Positions 23,898 to 33,347 are shown, counted from the stretch's first letter. The stretch: DNA of 64,000 bases from Elusimicrobiota bacterium (GCA_016212885.1 JACRDO010000132.1:28779-92778), one strand, 5' to 3'. Numbers and translations: made by a program. The notes: generated from the letters alone by a model not told the origin.

Positions 23898-24593
23898 GTG
23901 CGCGCGCTCATCCTAACGGCGGATAACGCCTTTGCCCTCAGGCTGACGGGCCTGCTGAGAGGCCTGGGCTTGTCTGTCGATGTCCTCCACAGCCTCTCCT
24001 CGGCCGCGGCCAGGACCCGCTGCGAGCTGGCGGTGGTGGATTGGGACGCGGTCCGCTCCGGGCCGGCCCAGGCCCTCCCGCGCCTGCGCGGCTTGGCGTG
24101 GAGGGTGGTCCTCCTGGCAGGGGCCGATGTCGTCTATGGGCCGCAGATGGCCGAAGCGCTCGCCTGGGGGGTCTGCGACGTCGTCTTGAAGACCCTCAAG
24201 GATCCGGCCCTGGCGGGCCGGATCGCGGCTCAGCTTAAGTCCCGGCGCTACTCGGCGATCGAGCCGCGAGGCTGCGGATTGCGGCTGGACAAGGCGGCCC
24301 GGCGGGTGTGGGCGCGCCGCGGACGCGGCTGGAAGGAGATCCCCGCCCTGCCGCCCAAGGAATTCGATCTCCTGTGCGCCTTCTTGGAGCACCCGGGGGC
24401 GGCGCTCCGGCGCGCGGCCCTCCTGGAGCGCTTCTGGCCCGGGAGATCCGGCGACGTCAACCCGGAGACCGTGGACCGGCACGTCCAGCGGCTCAGGCGC
24501 CGGCTCGGGGCCGTCGGGTGGCTGATCGTTTCGGTGCGCGGCGTCGGCTACCGCTTCAGTTTAGGAGAGAGTCCCCATGACAAACGCGGATGA
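23898..24593 (+). CDS. OmpR/PhoB-type response regulator (receiver with partly degenerate active site + winged-helix DNA-binding domain)
   Basis: GTG start. The receiver has the phospho-acceptor context LAVVDWD and the Lys (DVVLKT). However, the acidic pair reads AD-N and the conserved Thr/Ser position reads A (VVLLAG). The C-terminal trans_reg_C-like region reads KEFDLLCAFLEHPG...R..L......G......ETVDRHVQRLRRRL......I.SVRGVGYRF. Confidence 0.7.
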   Translation: MRALILTADNAFALRLTGLLRGLGLSVDVLHSLSSAAARTRCELAVVDWDAVRSGPAQALPRLRGLAWRVVLLAGADVVYGPQMAEALAWGVCDVVLKTLKDPALAGRIAAQLKSRRYSAIEPRGCGLRLDKAARRVWARRGRGWKEIPALPPKEFDLLCAFLEHPGAALRRAALLERFWPGRSGDVNPETVDRHVQRLRRRLGAVGWLIVSVRGVGYRFSLGESPHDKRG

Positions 24594-25938
24594 GACGAAG
24601 AAGGAGCTGGGCCTCAAGGAGTCGATCAAGATCCTTTTCCAGGCCTCCAAGGGCTTCTGGCTCGTGAACATGGTCAATTTCGGCGACGGCATCGCCTATT
24701 TCGGGATTCTGACCCTGCTCACGCTCTTTCTGGGCAAGGAGCGGCTCGGCATGAGCGATCATGCCGCCGGCCTGTCGGTCTCCGCGTTCACGGGCTTGGT
24801 CACCCTGTTCATGTTCGGCGGCGGGTTCATCTCGGACAAGCTCGGCGTGCGGCGGGCGCTCACCCTCTGCCTGATCCTCTGCTTGGGGGGCCGCGTGCTC
24901 CTCTCGGGCTCGCCGTCTTTCGGCGGCGGCGCGCACTTCGCGGCCTGGCTGGGCCTCCTCGTCCTCTCCTTCGGCGAGGGCGTCATCCAGCCGGCCCTCT
25001 ACGCGGGGGTCAAGGAATACACGGACTCCAGGACCGCGACCATGGGCTACGGCATACTCTATGCCATCATGAACCTCGGCATCGTAGCCGAGAACTTCAT
25101 CTCCCCTTTCGTGCGCACGGACAAGGAATTCATTCTCGGGGTCAAAGGCCTGGGCCTGGGCTTCGACGGGGTCTTCTGGATGTGCACCGGCATCACGCTG
25201 ATCATGCTCGCGGTGCACCTGGGCCTCTTCACCAAGAAGGTCGAGGAGACCGACCGGGTGGCCGTGGACGCGCCCAAGACCGAGGAGCCCCAGAAATCCC
25301 TCCTGGAGAAGATCCGGGAGCTCCCCTTCCTGGACCCGCGGTTCATGTTCTTCATCTTCATCCTCCTGCCGGTGCGCACCCTTTTCGCGCACCAGTTCCT
25401 GACCATGCCGGACTACGTGTTCCGGGCCTACGCGCCGGAGGTGAGCGCCAAGTTCGAGTGGATCGCCGGCTTGAATCCCTTCATCATCGTGATCTTCGTG
25501 CCGGCCATCGCGGCCATGACGCGCAAGGTCAACATCATCACCATGATGATCATCGGGACCAGCATCTCGGCCCTCACCACCTTCATCCTCGTGCCGGGGC
25601 CGGACCTGACGCGGCTGATCCTCTACACGCTCCTGTTCTCCCTGGGAGAGGCGGTCTGGTCCTCGCGCTTCCTGGAGTACGTGGCGGACCTGGCGCCGCA
25701 AGGCAAGGTGGGCGCCTACATGGGCCTGGCCGGCATCCCCTGGTTCCTGGCCAAGTTCACGACCGGCCTCTATTCCGGCCGGATGCTCGAGATCTTCGTC
25801 CCCAAGGGCGGGGCCCTGAACACGAGCACGCTTTGGCTGATCTACGCCCTCATCGCCTGCATCAGCCCGCTGGGCCTGCTGCTCGCCAGGAGCTGGCTCC
25901 TAGGCCACAAGAAAGCGATGTCTGGAGGCGCGTCATGA
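24577..25938 (+). CDS. MFS-type transporter (12-14 TM; POT-like N-terminus)
   Basis: AGGAGAG Shine-Dalgarno at 24563-24569 and ATG at 24577, overlapping the regulator gene by 17 nt. It is hydrophobic throughout with a central loop. Substrate unknown. Confidence 0.6.
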   Translation: MTNADETKKELGLKESIKILFQASKGFWLVNMVNFGDGIAYFGILTLLTLFLGKERLGMSDHAAGLSVSAFTGLVTLFMFGGGFISDKLGVRRALTLCLILCLGGRVLLSGSPSFGGGAHFAAWLGLLVLSFGEGVIQPALYAGVKEYTDSRTATMGYGILYAIMNLGIVAENFISPFVRTDKEFILGVKGLGLGFDGVFWMCTGITLIMLAVHLGLFTKKVEETDRVAVDAPKTEEPQKSLLEKIRELPFLDPRFMFFIFILLPVRTLFAHQFLTMPDYVFRAYAPEVSAKFEWIAGLNPFIIVIFVPAIAAMTRKVNIITMMIIGTSISALTTFILVPGPDLTRLILYTLLFSLGEAVWSSRFLEYVADLAPQGKVGAYMGLAGIPWFLAKFTTGLYSGRMLEIFVPKGGALNTSTLWLIYALIACISPLGLLLARSWLLGHKKAMSGGAS

Positions 25939-26132
25939 CGGACTGCCCGAAGAAAGACGAGAACCTCAAGGACTGCAACTGCACCTATTCCTGCTCCAAG
26001 AAGGGGCGGTGCTGCGAATGCGTGGCCTACCACCGGAGCCAAGGCGAGTTCCCGGCCTGCTTCTTCACGGCCCAGGGCGAGCGGACCTACGACCGCTCCT
26101 TCGCCGCGCTGCAGAAGTACCATAGGAGCTAG
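25935..26132 (+). CDS. Small Cys-rich protein (65 aa), translationally coupled to the transporter
   Basis: ATGA start/stop overlap with the MFS gene. The sequence [44 protein letters not shown] carries 9 Cys in 43 residues. Confidence 0.55.
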   Translation: MTDCPKKDENLKDCNCTYSCSKKGRCCECVAYHRSQGEFPACFFTAQGERTYDRSFAALQKYHRS

Positions 26133-26138
26133 CCGAAG

Positions 26139-26612
26139 ATGAAGGGATTCTCCCTCCTCTGCGCGATCCTCTTGGCCGCGTCGGCTGGGGCGGGCGGATG
26201 GAAGGCCCGCCGGTTCGAGAGGACCTATGAGAATGGCCGGCTGAGGATCGAGGTCAAAGTCCCCGGGGACTGGAAGCTTAAGGAGAACCCATCCTCCCTC
26301 ATCTGGACAATGCCGGAGCGGGAGGGGGAGGCTTTCGCGATCCATTGGCTGAACCCGGACCGCATCTACGACGTCGAATCCATCTGCCGCTCCGGGATGT
26401 GCGTCGACGAGGCGGCCTTGAAGGACGCTTCGGGCTCCAGGATCCGGATCGCCAGGCCCACGCCGGAACGCCAAAGCGCCATGGGCCTCTCCAAGGATTT
26501 CCTTTTCGCGGAGCCAATCAATTCGAAGGACCGGATCACCCTCTGGTTCACCACGGACCATCTGCCCAGCGCGATGTTCAGGAAAGTCCTTTCCACGCTG
26601 AAACATCGCTGA
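26139..26612 (+). CDS. Secreted hypothetical protein
   Basis: Signal peptide MKGFSLLCAILLAASAGAGG. Amino-acid composition is normal for a real protein. No family recognised. Confidence 0.5.
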   Translation: MKGFSLLCAILLAASAGAGGWKARRFERTYENGRLRIEVKVPGDWKLKENPSSLIWTMPEREGEAFAIHWLNPDRIYDVESICRSGMCVDEAALKDASGSRIRIARPTPERQSAMGLSKDFLFAEPINSKDRITLWFTTDHLPSAMFRKVLSTLKHR

Positions 26613-26648
26613 AACAGCGGCGGGCCATACCCTCGGATAGGCCGTCGG

Positions 26649-28004
26649 TCAGCCGAGCATCTCCACGAGGCGCCCGCTGAGGTAATGCGGCAGCGTCACC
26701 AGGGGAACCTTGCGCGGCGTCCCGGCGTTGGCGATTCTCGCCTCATGAGCGGCGTCGCGTCGCGGCGGCTCCTTGCTCATTTTGACGAGGCACCCCACTT
26801 CTCTCTCGAAGACGGCGCAGCTGTCGAGGGAGCGCGCGTCCCCCCGCGTGGATTTCACGTCGATCGCCGCGAACAGGGGCGACCTGAGGATGAATTCGAC
26901 CTGCGCCCCGCGGCTGGATTTCCAGTAAAAGAGATCGTCGCGCGTCGGCAGGGTCGCGATGATCTCGTTTCCGACCGCGGTCTCGTACTGGACGGCCAGA
27001 TGCGCGTCGGTGATCCTGCCGCGGAGGATGTCGGAGCCGTTGAGGAGATAGTTCAAGACGCCGGCGTCGAAGATGATGTATTTCGAGAGGTCGATTCCGG
27101 ACTCGTAGAGCCGGATCTTGTGCGCGACGCGCGCGCCGACCGTCTTGTTGACCAGCCGCTTCGCCTCTCCCCGGCTCGCGTGCCGCACCTGGAGCCGTGA
27201 GAACTTGAGGGTATCCATGGAGAGAAGCGCGAGCCTCCTGAGCACGTCCTCGTATTCGTAGAGCGCCGTCTTCTCGCCTAGGACGGACTTGACGTTCTCC
27301 TCGATCGAGCCGGCGAGGTCCGCAACGAGCTGCGGCAGGGTCTCTTTCCCGGGCGCGTCAATGAAGGCGTCGAGTATGCGCGGCATTCCGCCCAGCCTGA
27401 GGTAGAGGCCGAAGAGATCGTTTAGTTCCTGGTGGCGCATCTGCGAGCAGGTCCTATCCTCCAGCGAAATCCCATCGAGATAGGCCAGTTCCGGCTGCTT
27501 GCCGTAGGCGCGGAGGAACTCCCGGAAGGTGACTGGGTAGAGGTCGAGGTGCCGCTTTCGGCCTGTGGCGGCGTTCTTGACCGCGATGTTCTCCAGGTTC
27601 GAGCCGGTGTAGACGGCTTTGAGCCTGTCGGAGAGCCCCGCCATGGTCTGGATCGTCTCAAGCGAGACCGGATGCCTGTCCGCTTCGTCAATGAAGATGA
27701 TCGCGGGCGCGCTCAACCGCTCGATGGGGCCGAGGGTGAGGGAGATGTTGCGCAGGAGTTGAGAGGCATCCTCCGCGGCGCCGAAGAAATCGCGGCCGAA
27801 GTAGTCGACACCATCGATAATGCCGCGACGCTGCAAGGACAGGTTGATCCTGATCTGCGGGTGGCTTGCGAGGTCCTTGAGCGCATTGAGGACAAAAGAC
27901 GTCTTGCCGACCTGCCTTGCCCCCCTGACCACGAGGACCTGCGATTTCAGGCGCTTGACTGATTGAAGGAAGTCCTTCTTTTTGTTCGCTCGCTCGATCC
28001 ACAT
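26649..28004 (-). CDS. AAA+ ATPase (AAA_14 / DUF4143-type)
   Basis: Walker A VVRGARQVGKTSF and Walker B IIFIDEADR. Length (~450 aa) and C-terminal layout are typical of stand-alone DUF4143 ATPases. GC content is visibly lower at the gene's 5' end and in the flanking region. Confidence 0.7.
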   Translation of the reverse strand: MWIERANKKKDFLQSVKRLKSQVLVVRGARQVGKTSFVLNALKDLASHPQIRINLSLQRRGIIDGVDYFGRDFFGAAEDASQLLRNISLTLGPIERLSAPAIIFIDEADRHPVSLETIQTMAGLSDRLKAVYTGSNLENIAVKNAATGRKRHLDLYPVTFREFLRAYGKQPELAYLDGISLEDRTCSQMRHQELNDLFGLYLRLGGMPRILDAFIDAPGKETLPQLVADLAGSIEENVKSVLGEKTALYEYEDVLRRLALLSMDTLKFSRLQVRHASRGEAKRLVNKTVGARVAHKIRLYESGIDLSKYIIFDAGVLNYLLNGSDILRGRITDAHLAVQYETAVGNEIIATLPTRDDLFYWKSSRGAQVEFILRSPLFAAIDVKSTRGDARSLDSCAVFEREVGCLVKMSKEPPRRDAAHEARIANAGTPRKVPLVTLPHYLSGRLVEMLG

Positions 28005-28179
28005 GCCGCAATTATACCATTATATGCGTCAGTTTGGGGGCATTATCGTCAAAAGTGACGTAACTATTGACATCATTGACTCGGGCCTGAATTCCCAATT
28101 CCGCGTAGGCCCAGAGGCCGAGCGCCGAAGGCCGAGCGGCCCCTGCCCGGCCCTGAAACTGCCGCCATAATATCAGGCG

Positions 28180-29028
28180 ATGACTCGTTCTCCGCCTTGG
28201 GCGCTCGCGCTGGCGTTGTTGCCGCTTTTTATGTCCGGGGCTCGTGCGCAGACCTTGGACCAGCTCCGGCGCATGGCGCCGGACTCCGGCGCTTTGACCG
28301 CCCCGGTCATCTCCGCGGAGGGGCCGGCGCTGGACAGCGTCCCTCCCAAGGCCTACCGTCCCCCTGTGCGGCCGCTCGGACAAGCCCAGCCGCCCGGGGT
28401 CCCGGACGCGACGGTGGCGCTCGCTGATGTCCGCAATCGGCACTGGAAGACGACGGACGGCTTCGGCGCGGGAGATGACCGGATCCATCTCAGCGCGCAT
28501 TTCGACCTGGAAGGGAACGCCTACCTGTCCGTGATGGCCGCCTCCTGGGAGCTGCCGTACTTCTACCTCTTCAAGCGCGGCATGAGCGGCTGCTGGGAGA
28601 GCCGCGGCGCGCGCTATCACATGCGCCTGGACGTGAGCATCTGGCGCGCGCGCACGAGCAACATCGTCGAGATCTACCGGGAAGGGGAGAATCATCCAAC
28701 GTATGCCGCCAGGATCATCGACATCCTCGCCAAGGCCTACGAGACCGGCAGGGAGATCCGGCTCGGGAAGAGGGCCTACCGGCTGTTCTATTCCTGCAGC
28801 GTGGACGGCTCCAAGACCCCGGCCGAGGCCGACACCCGGCGCATGGGCATCGCCCTAGTGGAGGATGTCGGCAAGCGGGGCGAGCACGATTTCAATCCCT
28901 ACATCTTCCCGGCCGCGGACATCGGGAAGGCGAAGCTCTCCCGCTATCAGCTCGCCAACGGGCAGACGGTCGGCTTGAAGCTCTCGCAGGACGGGGCGTC
29001 CCTTCTGATCTACGGCTTGAGCGATTAA
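28180..29028 (+). CDS. Secreted hypothetical protein
   Basis: Signal peptide MTRSPPWALALALLPLFMSGARAQ. No family recognised. Confidence 0.5.
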   Translation: MTRSPPWALALALLPLFMSGARAQTLDQLRRMAPDSGALTAPVISAEGPALDSVPPKAYRPPVRPLGQAQPPGVPDATVALADVRNRHWKTTDGFGAGDDRIHLSAHFDLEGNAYLSVMAASWELPYFYLFKRGMSGCWESRGARYHMRLDVSIWRARTSNIVEIYREGENHPTYAARIIDILAKAYETGREIRLGKRAYRLFYSCSVDGSKTPAEADTRRMGIALVEDVGKRGEHDFNPYIFPAADIGKAKLSRYQLANGQTVGLKLSQDGASLLIYGLSD

Positions 29029-30467
29029 CGATGGGCTCCCGTGCCCTTGATCTCGGGCGCCGTCTTGCGGTGCTCGGCGAACAGCATCGAGAGCTTCTGC
29101 ACGGCGGCCATGATCTTCTCGGGCTTGCTCCCGTCCCGGAAGGGGAGGACCCGGCCGCCCTCTTTGAGCACCCGGCCGCGCGCGACCACGGCATCGATCT
29201 CGCTGCCGTCCGCGGCCCAGATGATGTTCTCCATCAGGTTGTCCAAGCGCGTGGGCACCAGGTTGGGCCGTTCGAGCCCGAGCAGGATCCAATCGGCCCG
29301 GCGTCCCGGCTTGAGCTCGCCCTGATCCTGGCGCAGGATGCGGGCCGGCACGCTCGTGATCATCTCGAGCAGCTGCTGGGATCTTAGCACGGTCGCGTCC
29401 TGGCGCCTCGCCTTCTGGTACTGGGCGGCCAGCCGCGCCGCGGCGATGATGTTCTGGTTGTCGGCCGAGCCGGAGCCATCGGTGGAGATGGCCACCGGCA
29501 CCCCCGCCTCCAGCATCTCGATGACGGGAGGCATCCCTGAGCCCAGGATGGCGTTGGCCAGGGGGTTGTGGACCACCTTGGCGCCGGTCCTGGCCAGGAT
29601 ATCGACGTCGCGCGGCCCGCAGTTGACCTGGTGGGCGATCACGGTGTCCTGGTCGAGAACGCCGAGCGATTCCATGAACTCGACCTCGCTTAAGCCCGGC
29701 TCGATCTCCCGGGTGAACCAGCGCGTGGTCGTGGGCTCCTCCGCGCTGTGGATGTGGAAGAGCGTGCCGTGCTCGCGCGCCCATTTCTTAAGCGGGGCCA
29801 GCATCTTCCCGCTGTTGGAGAAGACCTGGTCCGGCCCCGGGCAGAAGCTGGTCCGCTTGAGCCCCTTGATCGAAAGGGCGTCGTCTAAACGCTTGAGCGC
29901 GTCCTTGGGCCGGTCCAGCACCTCTTTGACGTAGTGTCGGTCCTGAGCGCCGACCGCTACGATCATGGTGGTTCCGGCGGATTCGTTGGCTTGCGCGATC
30001 TCTTCGAGGTGGTACTTGTTGAAGTTGCAGTGGTGGACCATGCAGGCCGTGATGCCGTAGTGGATGTCGCAGAGCCGGGCCATCCGGTAGGTGATGAGTT
30101 GGGGGGAGTCGCCCAACTCCCGGCGGAGCCGGTCGTGCTCCTTGTTGATGAACCCGGTGAAGGGGTTGACCGCGTGGTCGAGCCAGGCGGTCAGGGGCTC
30201 GTCCTTGGCGATGCCGATGAGCGGCTGTTCGTGGTCGTGGCCGTGCGCCTTGACGAAGGCCGGCAGCAGGATGGCGTTGGGATAAGTCATGATCCGCAGG
30301 GAGGAGCCGTGCTTCTTCCTGGCCCGCTTCTCCGCTTCGGGAGAGTAGCGGCCGACCTCTTTTATCGTCTCGCCCTCGGAAAGGACGCAGCCGTCCTCGA
30401 TGCGCACCCCGCGGTCCGGCTCGGCCAGCGGCAGAAGGTATTTGGCGCGGCAGAAGATGGCGTTCAT
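29025..30467 (-). CDS. Amidohydrolase-superfamily deaminase/chlorohydrolase-like enzyme (MtaD/SsnA-like)
   Basis: Metal-ligand motifs FVKAHGHDHE, LFHIHSAEE, AHQVNCG and VAISTDGSGSADNQN, in the order expected for amidohydrolase_1 deaminases. Confidence 0.7.
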   Translation of the reverse strand: MNAIFCRAKYLLPLAEPDRGVRIEDGCVLSEGETIKEVGRYSPEAEKRARKKHGSSLRIMTYPNAILLPAFVKAHGHDHEQPLIGIAKDEPLTAWLDHAVNPFTGFINKEHDRLRRELGDSPQLITYRMARLCDIHYGITACMVHHCNFNKYHLEEIAQANESAGTTMIVAVGAQDRHYVKEVLDRPKDALKRLDDALSIKGLKRTSFCPGPDQVFSNSGKMLAPLKKWAREHGTLFHIHSAEEPTTTRWFTREIEPGLSEVEFMESLGVLDQDTVIAHQVNCGPRDVDILARTGAKVVHNPLANAILGSGMPPVIEMLEAGVPVAISTDGSGSADNQNIIAAARLAAQYQKARRQDATVLRSQQLLEMITSVPARILRQDQGELKPGRRADWILLGLERPNLVPTRLDNLMENIIWAADGSEIDAVVARGRVLKEGGRVLPFRDGSKPEKIMAAVQKLSMLFAEHRKTAPEIKGTGAHR

Positions 30468-30526
30468 GGCGATATGATGGAAAATACTCTCGGCAGGGGC
30501 AAGCTGCGGCGGAGGTCCGGAAGCGT

Positions 30527-33160
30527 TCAGCGAGAGGCGGGCGCGGCGCTTCCAACGTACACGTGCATGATGGGCGACTTTGCGATCCTCCCAGCAGCGT
30601 CCTCAGCCTCGATGTAATAGTCGACCAGGACGTCGGAGCCGGGGCTCACGCGGGCGTGGGCCATGGGGGGAAGCTCCTTGATGCGGTCGCTCTGCGGAAG
30701 GTTGCCCCATTCCGCCTGCGCGATGGGGTCTTTGAGCTCCATCTTGGCCGAGTCCCAGCTCCCGTCGTAGCGCAGATTTTCGTCCAAAGGAGAGGTCCGG
30801 CCGTCCGTGGAAGCGCGCCACTTAAGTTCCACGCGCTTCAAGCCCGCCGCGGAGTAGACGAAGCCGTACGCGTCGAACTCTGGGCCGTAGGTGTGCGAGC
30901 GCCACCCGTAGACCTCGCCGCGGTTCTCGCCGCCCGGGTTCCACGGGAAGCGGGTCGGGCCCCAGATCGTCGGCGGGGCCTTGGGAGCCTGCTCTCCTAG
31001 GATGGCCTTCGCGGCTTCAAAAGCGGCTTTCGCCGCGAGCAGGGGGATCTGCACGAAGTCCTGCTCGGGCGAGTAGTAGACGTGGCCGGAATCGAATGCG
31101 CGAAGGACCGTTTGAATGGCCTTCTCCAGCGGGCCGGCGCTCGGGTCCGTATCGGCCTTCAGGACCTTGGCCATGTCCAGCTCCCAGCCCGGGGTCTTCG
31201 CCTTGAGAGCCGCTTCGCCTTGTAGGAGCCAATGCACCGCCATGGTGAGGAGCGCGTGGAACTGCAGCTTGAAGTTCCAGGCCGACGGGTCGAAAGCGGG
31301 CTTCGGGACCCCGACGGTCTTCATTGGGGGCCAGAGCCAGCGGCTGAGCTGGGGCGTGCCCCAGTCCGCGTTGGGCCAGGCGCCGGGCTCGACCCAGTCC
31401 AGGACGTCGTCCTGCGGCACCGGATAGCGGGTCAGGTACTCCTGGATGGTGCCGAAGTGGTGGCCGTTGGAGTCCATCCAATGCGCCAGCCTGGGCATGG
31501 CCTCCATGTAGCTGCTGTAGCCGCCGCCCCAGGCATTGTCCCCGTCCGTGTCGAGCCCCAGCACCAGGGGGCGCCCCTGCGCGGCGTACTTCGCGATGTC
31601 CTGAACGATCTCGTTCGGGAAATCCTGGTAGCCCGCGACGTAGGAGGGGCCGCCCGTCATGGGGAAGACGATGATCCGGTACTCCTTGCCGTCAGCCGGG
31701 TCCGTGTAGCGCAGCCAGTGGGGCAGGAGGGAATAGGGAAGGACGTCCTTGGTGTTGCGGCCGTCCTTGCCGGAGGTGTAGTAGTCCATCTGCTGAGGGG
31801 ACGCGTTCCTCTGGTCCGCCTTGTTGGGCGGGGGAAGGTTGGGCATGCCGCTTGCGTCATAGCCTTTGATGGCCCGGCTGATGTGGTGGCTGTCCACGAT
31901 CACGACTTGGACCCCGGCCTTGACCAAGGAGGGGACCATCTCGGGGCTGAAGCCGACCTCCGGGGGCCGGAAGATCTTCAGCTGGCCGGGCGCAGGCTCG
32001 CCCCAGAACTCCTTGTTCAGGAGCTCGTGGTACTTGACGTTCCAGCGGATCAAGGCATCGGCCGAAGCGCCCCAGGGAAGGAGTCCATAAAGGAAGTGGA
32101 AGCCGGTGAGCAGCATCTCCATGCGCGGGGCGCCGCTCTTGGTGCGCCAGTTGATGGCTTCCCGCCAGCGCGCGATCCAGCCGGTGCCCCAGAGCTTGCG
32201 CGCGATCTCCATCAAGGCCGGCGTAAACGAGATCGAGAGGCCCGCGGGGTTCTCCGCGGTCCAGCCCGTGCGGTTGAGGATCTCGCGCAAGGCTCCTACC
32301 GGGTGCTCGCCGTTGGCGGCCTTGATCTTGTCGTCGCTCGCCATGTCGCCGACGATATGGTCCCAGCTGCGGTAGGGATAGTGCAGATGGAGGATGCGGA
32401 CCCCGTAGGCTGAGCCGAACTGCGCGACGGCTTCGGCGACCCTGCTGTAGAGCGCCGCGACCTGCCGGCCGATGCTTTGGACCGCCGCGAAGGCCGTGCC
32501 GAGCAGGGAGGCGGCCGGGCGGGGGCTCAAAGGCTTCCCAGCGATCGGCGCGTTCCGGCGGAGCCGCCCTATATTATGGAAGGAAGGGGACAAGAAGCTC
32601 GGGGTCGCGCCTTCCGGCATGTCCGCTTCGACGGCTGGGATTGAGCCGCCGGCCTGGGGCTTCTCCGCGCCGAGGACAGCATCCATCACGGATTCGCCCG
32701 CTGTCCGGGCTTCTCCAGCTTCCATCTTCGAGACCCGCTCCCCTGCTGGGATATCCACCCCGTTGACCGCCAGCTTGCCGTCCTGACGGCTGACTTCTAG
32801 ACCCGCCGCGGCCAAGGGCTCGAGCTTGCCGGCTGGGAGCGCCGGCGCATGCGTGATGGCCGCTGCTTCGGCATGCGGGGCTTCGATCAGCGGCGAAACG
32901 AGCGGCGCGGCGGGACTTGCGCTCCGCGCGCTTGGGAGAGTCAGAGCCGGGAGGCTGGGGGAGCCCTTCGGGGCGATGTCCGCCGCATTGAGGCCTAGAT
33001 CGAGACCCGCCCCCGGGGACTGAGAGATCTTGACCGCGGCTGGGAGCGCGCCCGGCGAAGCGGCCCCTGCGGCGTTGAAGCCTACGGTTTGAGCCAAGGC
33101 TGAGCCGGGAGCGGCCCACGCCAGAGCCAGGGCCAGGATGGATGCCAATGATTTCCGCAT
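30527..33160 (-). CDS. Secreted GH57-like glycoside hydrolase with a long Ala/Pro-rich N-terminal region and a C-terminal beta-rich domain
   Basis: Start chosen at MRKSLASILALALAWAAPGSALAQ (signal peptide); the ORF-track start at 33283 is probably an upstream extension. GH57-like blocks are HLHYPYRSW (region I-like), RPPEVGFSPEMVPSLVKAGVQVVIVD (nucleophile Glu region) and LGLDTDGDNAWGGGY (acid/base Asp region). Confidence 0.5.
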   Translation of the reverse strand: MRKSLASILALALAWAAPGSALAQTVGFNAAGAASPGALPAAVKISQSPGAGLDLGLNAADIAPKGSPSLPALTLPSARSASPAAPLVSPLIEAPHAEAAAITHAPALPAGKLEPLAAAGLEVSRQDGKLAVNGVDIPAGERVSKMEAGEARTAGESVMDAVLGAEKPQAGGSIPAVEADMPEGATPSFLSPSFHNIGRLRRNAPIAGKPLSPRPAASLLGTAFAAVQSIGRQVAALYSRVAEAVAQFGSAYGVRILHLHYPYRSWDHIVGDMASDDKIKAANGEHPVGALREILNRTGWTAENPAGLSISFTPALMEIARKLWGTGWIARWREAINWRTKSGAPRMEMLLTGFHFLYGLLPWGASADALIRWNVKYHELLNKEFWGEPAPGQLKIFRPPEVGFSPEMVPSLVKAGVQVVIVDSHHISRAIKGYDASGMPNLPPPNKADQRNASPQQMDYYTSGKDGRNTKDVLPYSLLPHWLRYTDPADGKEYRIIVFPMTGGPSYVAGYQDFPNEIVQDIAKYAAQGRPLVLGLDTDGDNAWGGGYSSYMEAMPRLAHWMDSNGHHFGTIQEYLTRYPVPQDDVLDWVEPGAWPNADWGTPQLSRWLWPPMKTVGVPKPAFDPSAWNFKLQFHALLTMAVHWLLQGEAALKAKTPGWELDMAKVLKADTDPSAGPLEKAIQTVLRAFDSGHVYYSPEQDFVQIPLLAAKAAFEAAKAILGEQAPKAPPTIWGPTRFPWNPGGENRGEVYGWRSHTYGPEFDAYGFVYSAAGLKRVELKWRASTDGRTSPLDENLRYDGSWDSAKMELKDPIAQAEWGNLPQSDRIKELPPMAHARVSPGSDVLVDYYIEAEDAAGRIAKSPIMHVYVGSAAPASR

Positions 33161-33347
33161 CTGCGATGATAGGATAGCGCGGGCGGGGTTCGGGCGCCTG
33201 GGCCGTTCATCCGAATATCGGGGTTCTATTGGGCTAGATTCCGGTAGGACCAAAGACTTCGGCGTTTTGCCGTTTAGACCCAAGGTGTTTTCGCCCGCCG
33301 CGTGTACAATGGATTCTTGAAGGGGCCGACACCCGGAGGTGCGGGCA

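Noticed and set aside
17196-24593. Calling the cluster an ordinary flagellar operon.
   Set aside because: The FliF-like part lacks RBM1/RBM2 and the FliG-like part lacks its N domain and FliM-binding motif. No switch, export, rod, hook, filament or chemotaxis genes occur in the 64 kb. The rest of the genome is unseen, so this rejection is provisional.
28105-28140. Short direct repeat AGGCCGAGCG x2 upstream of the 28180 gene.
   Set aside because: There are only two 10-nt copies in GC-rich sequence. This is within chance expectation and has no obvious relation to promoter elements.
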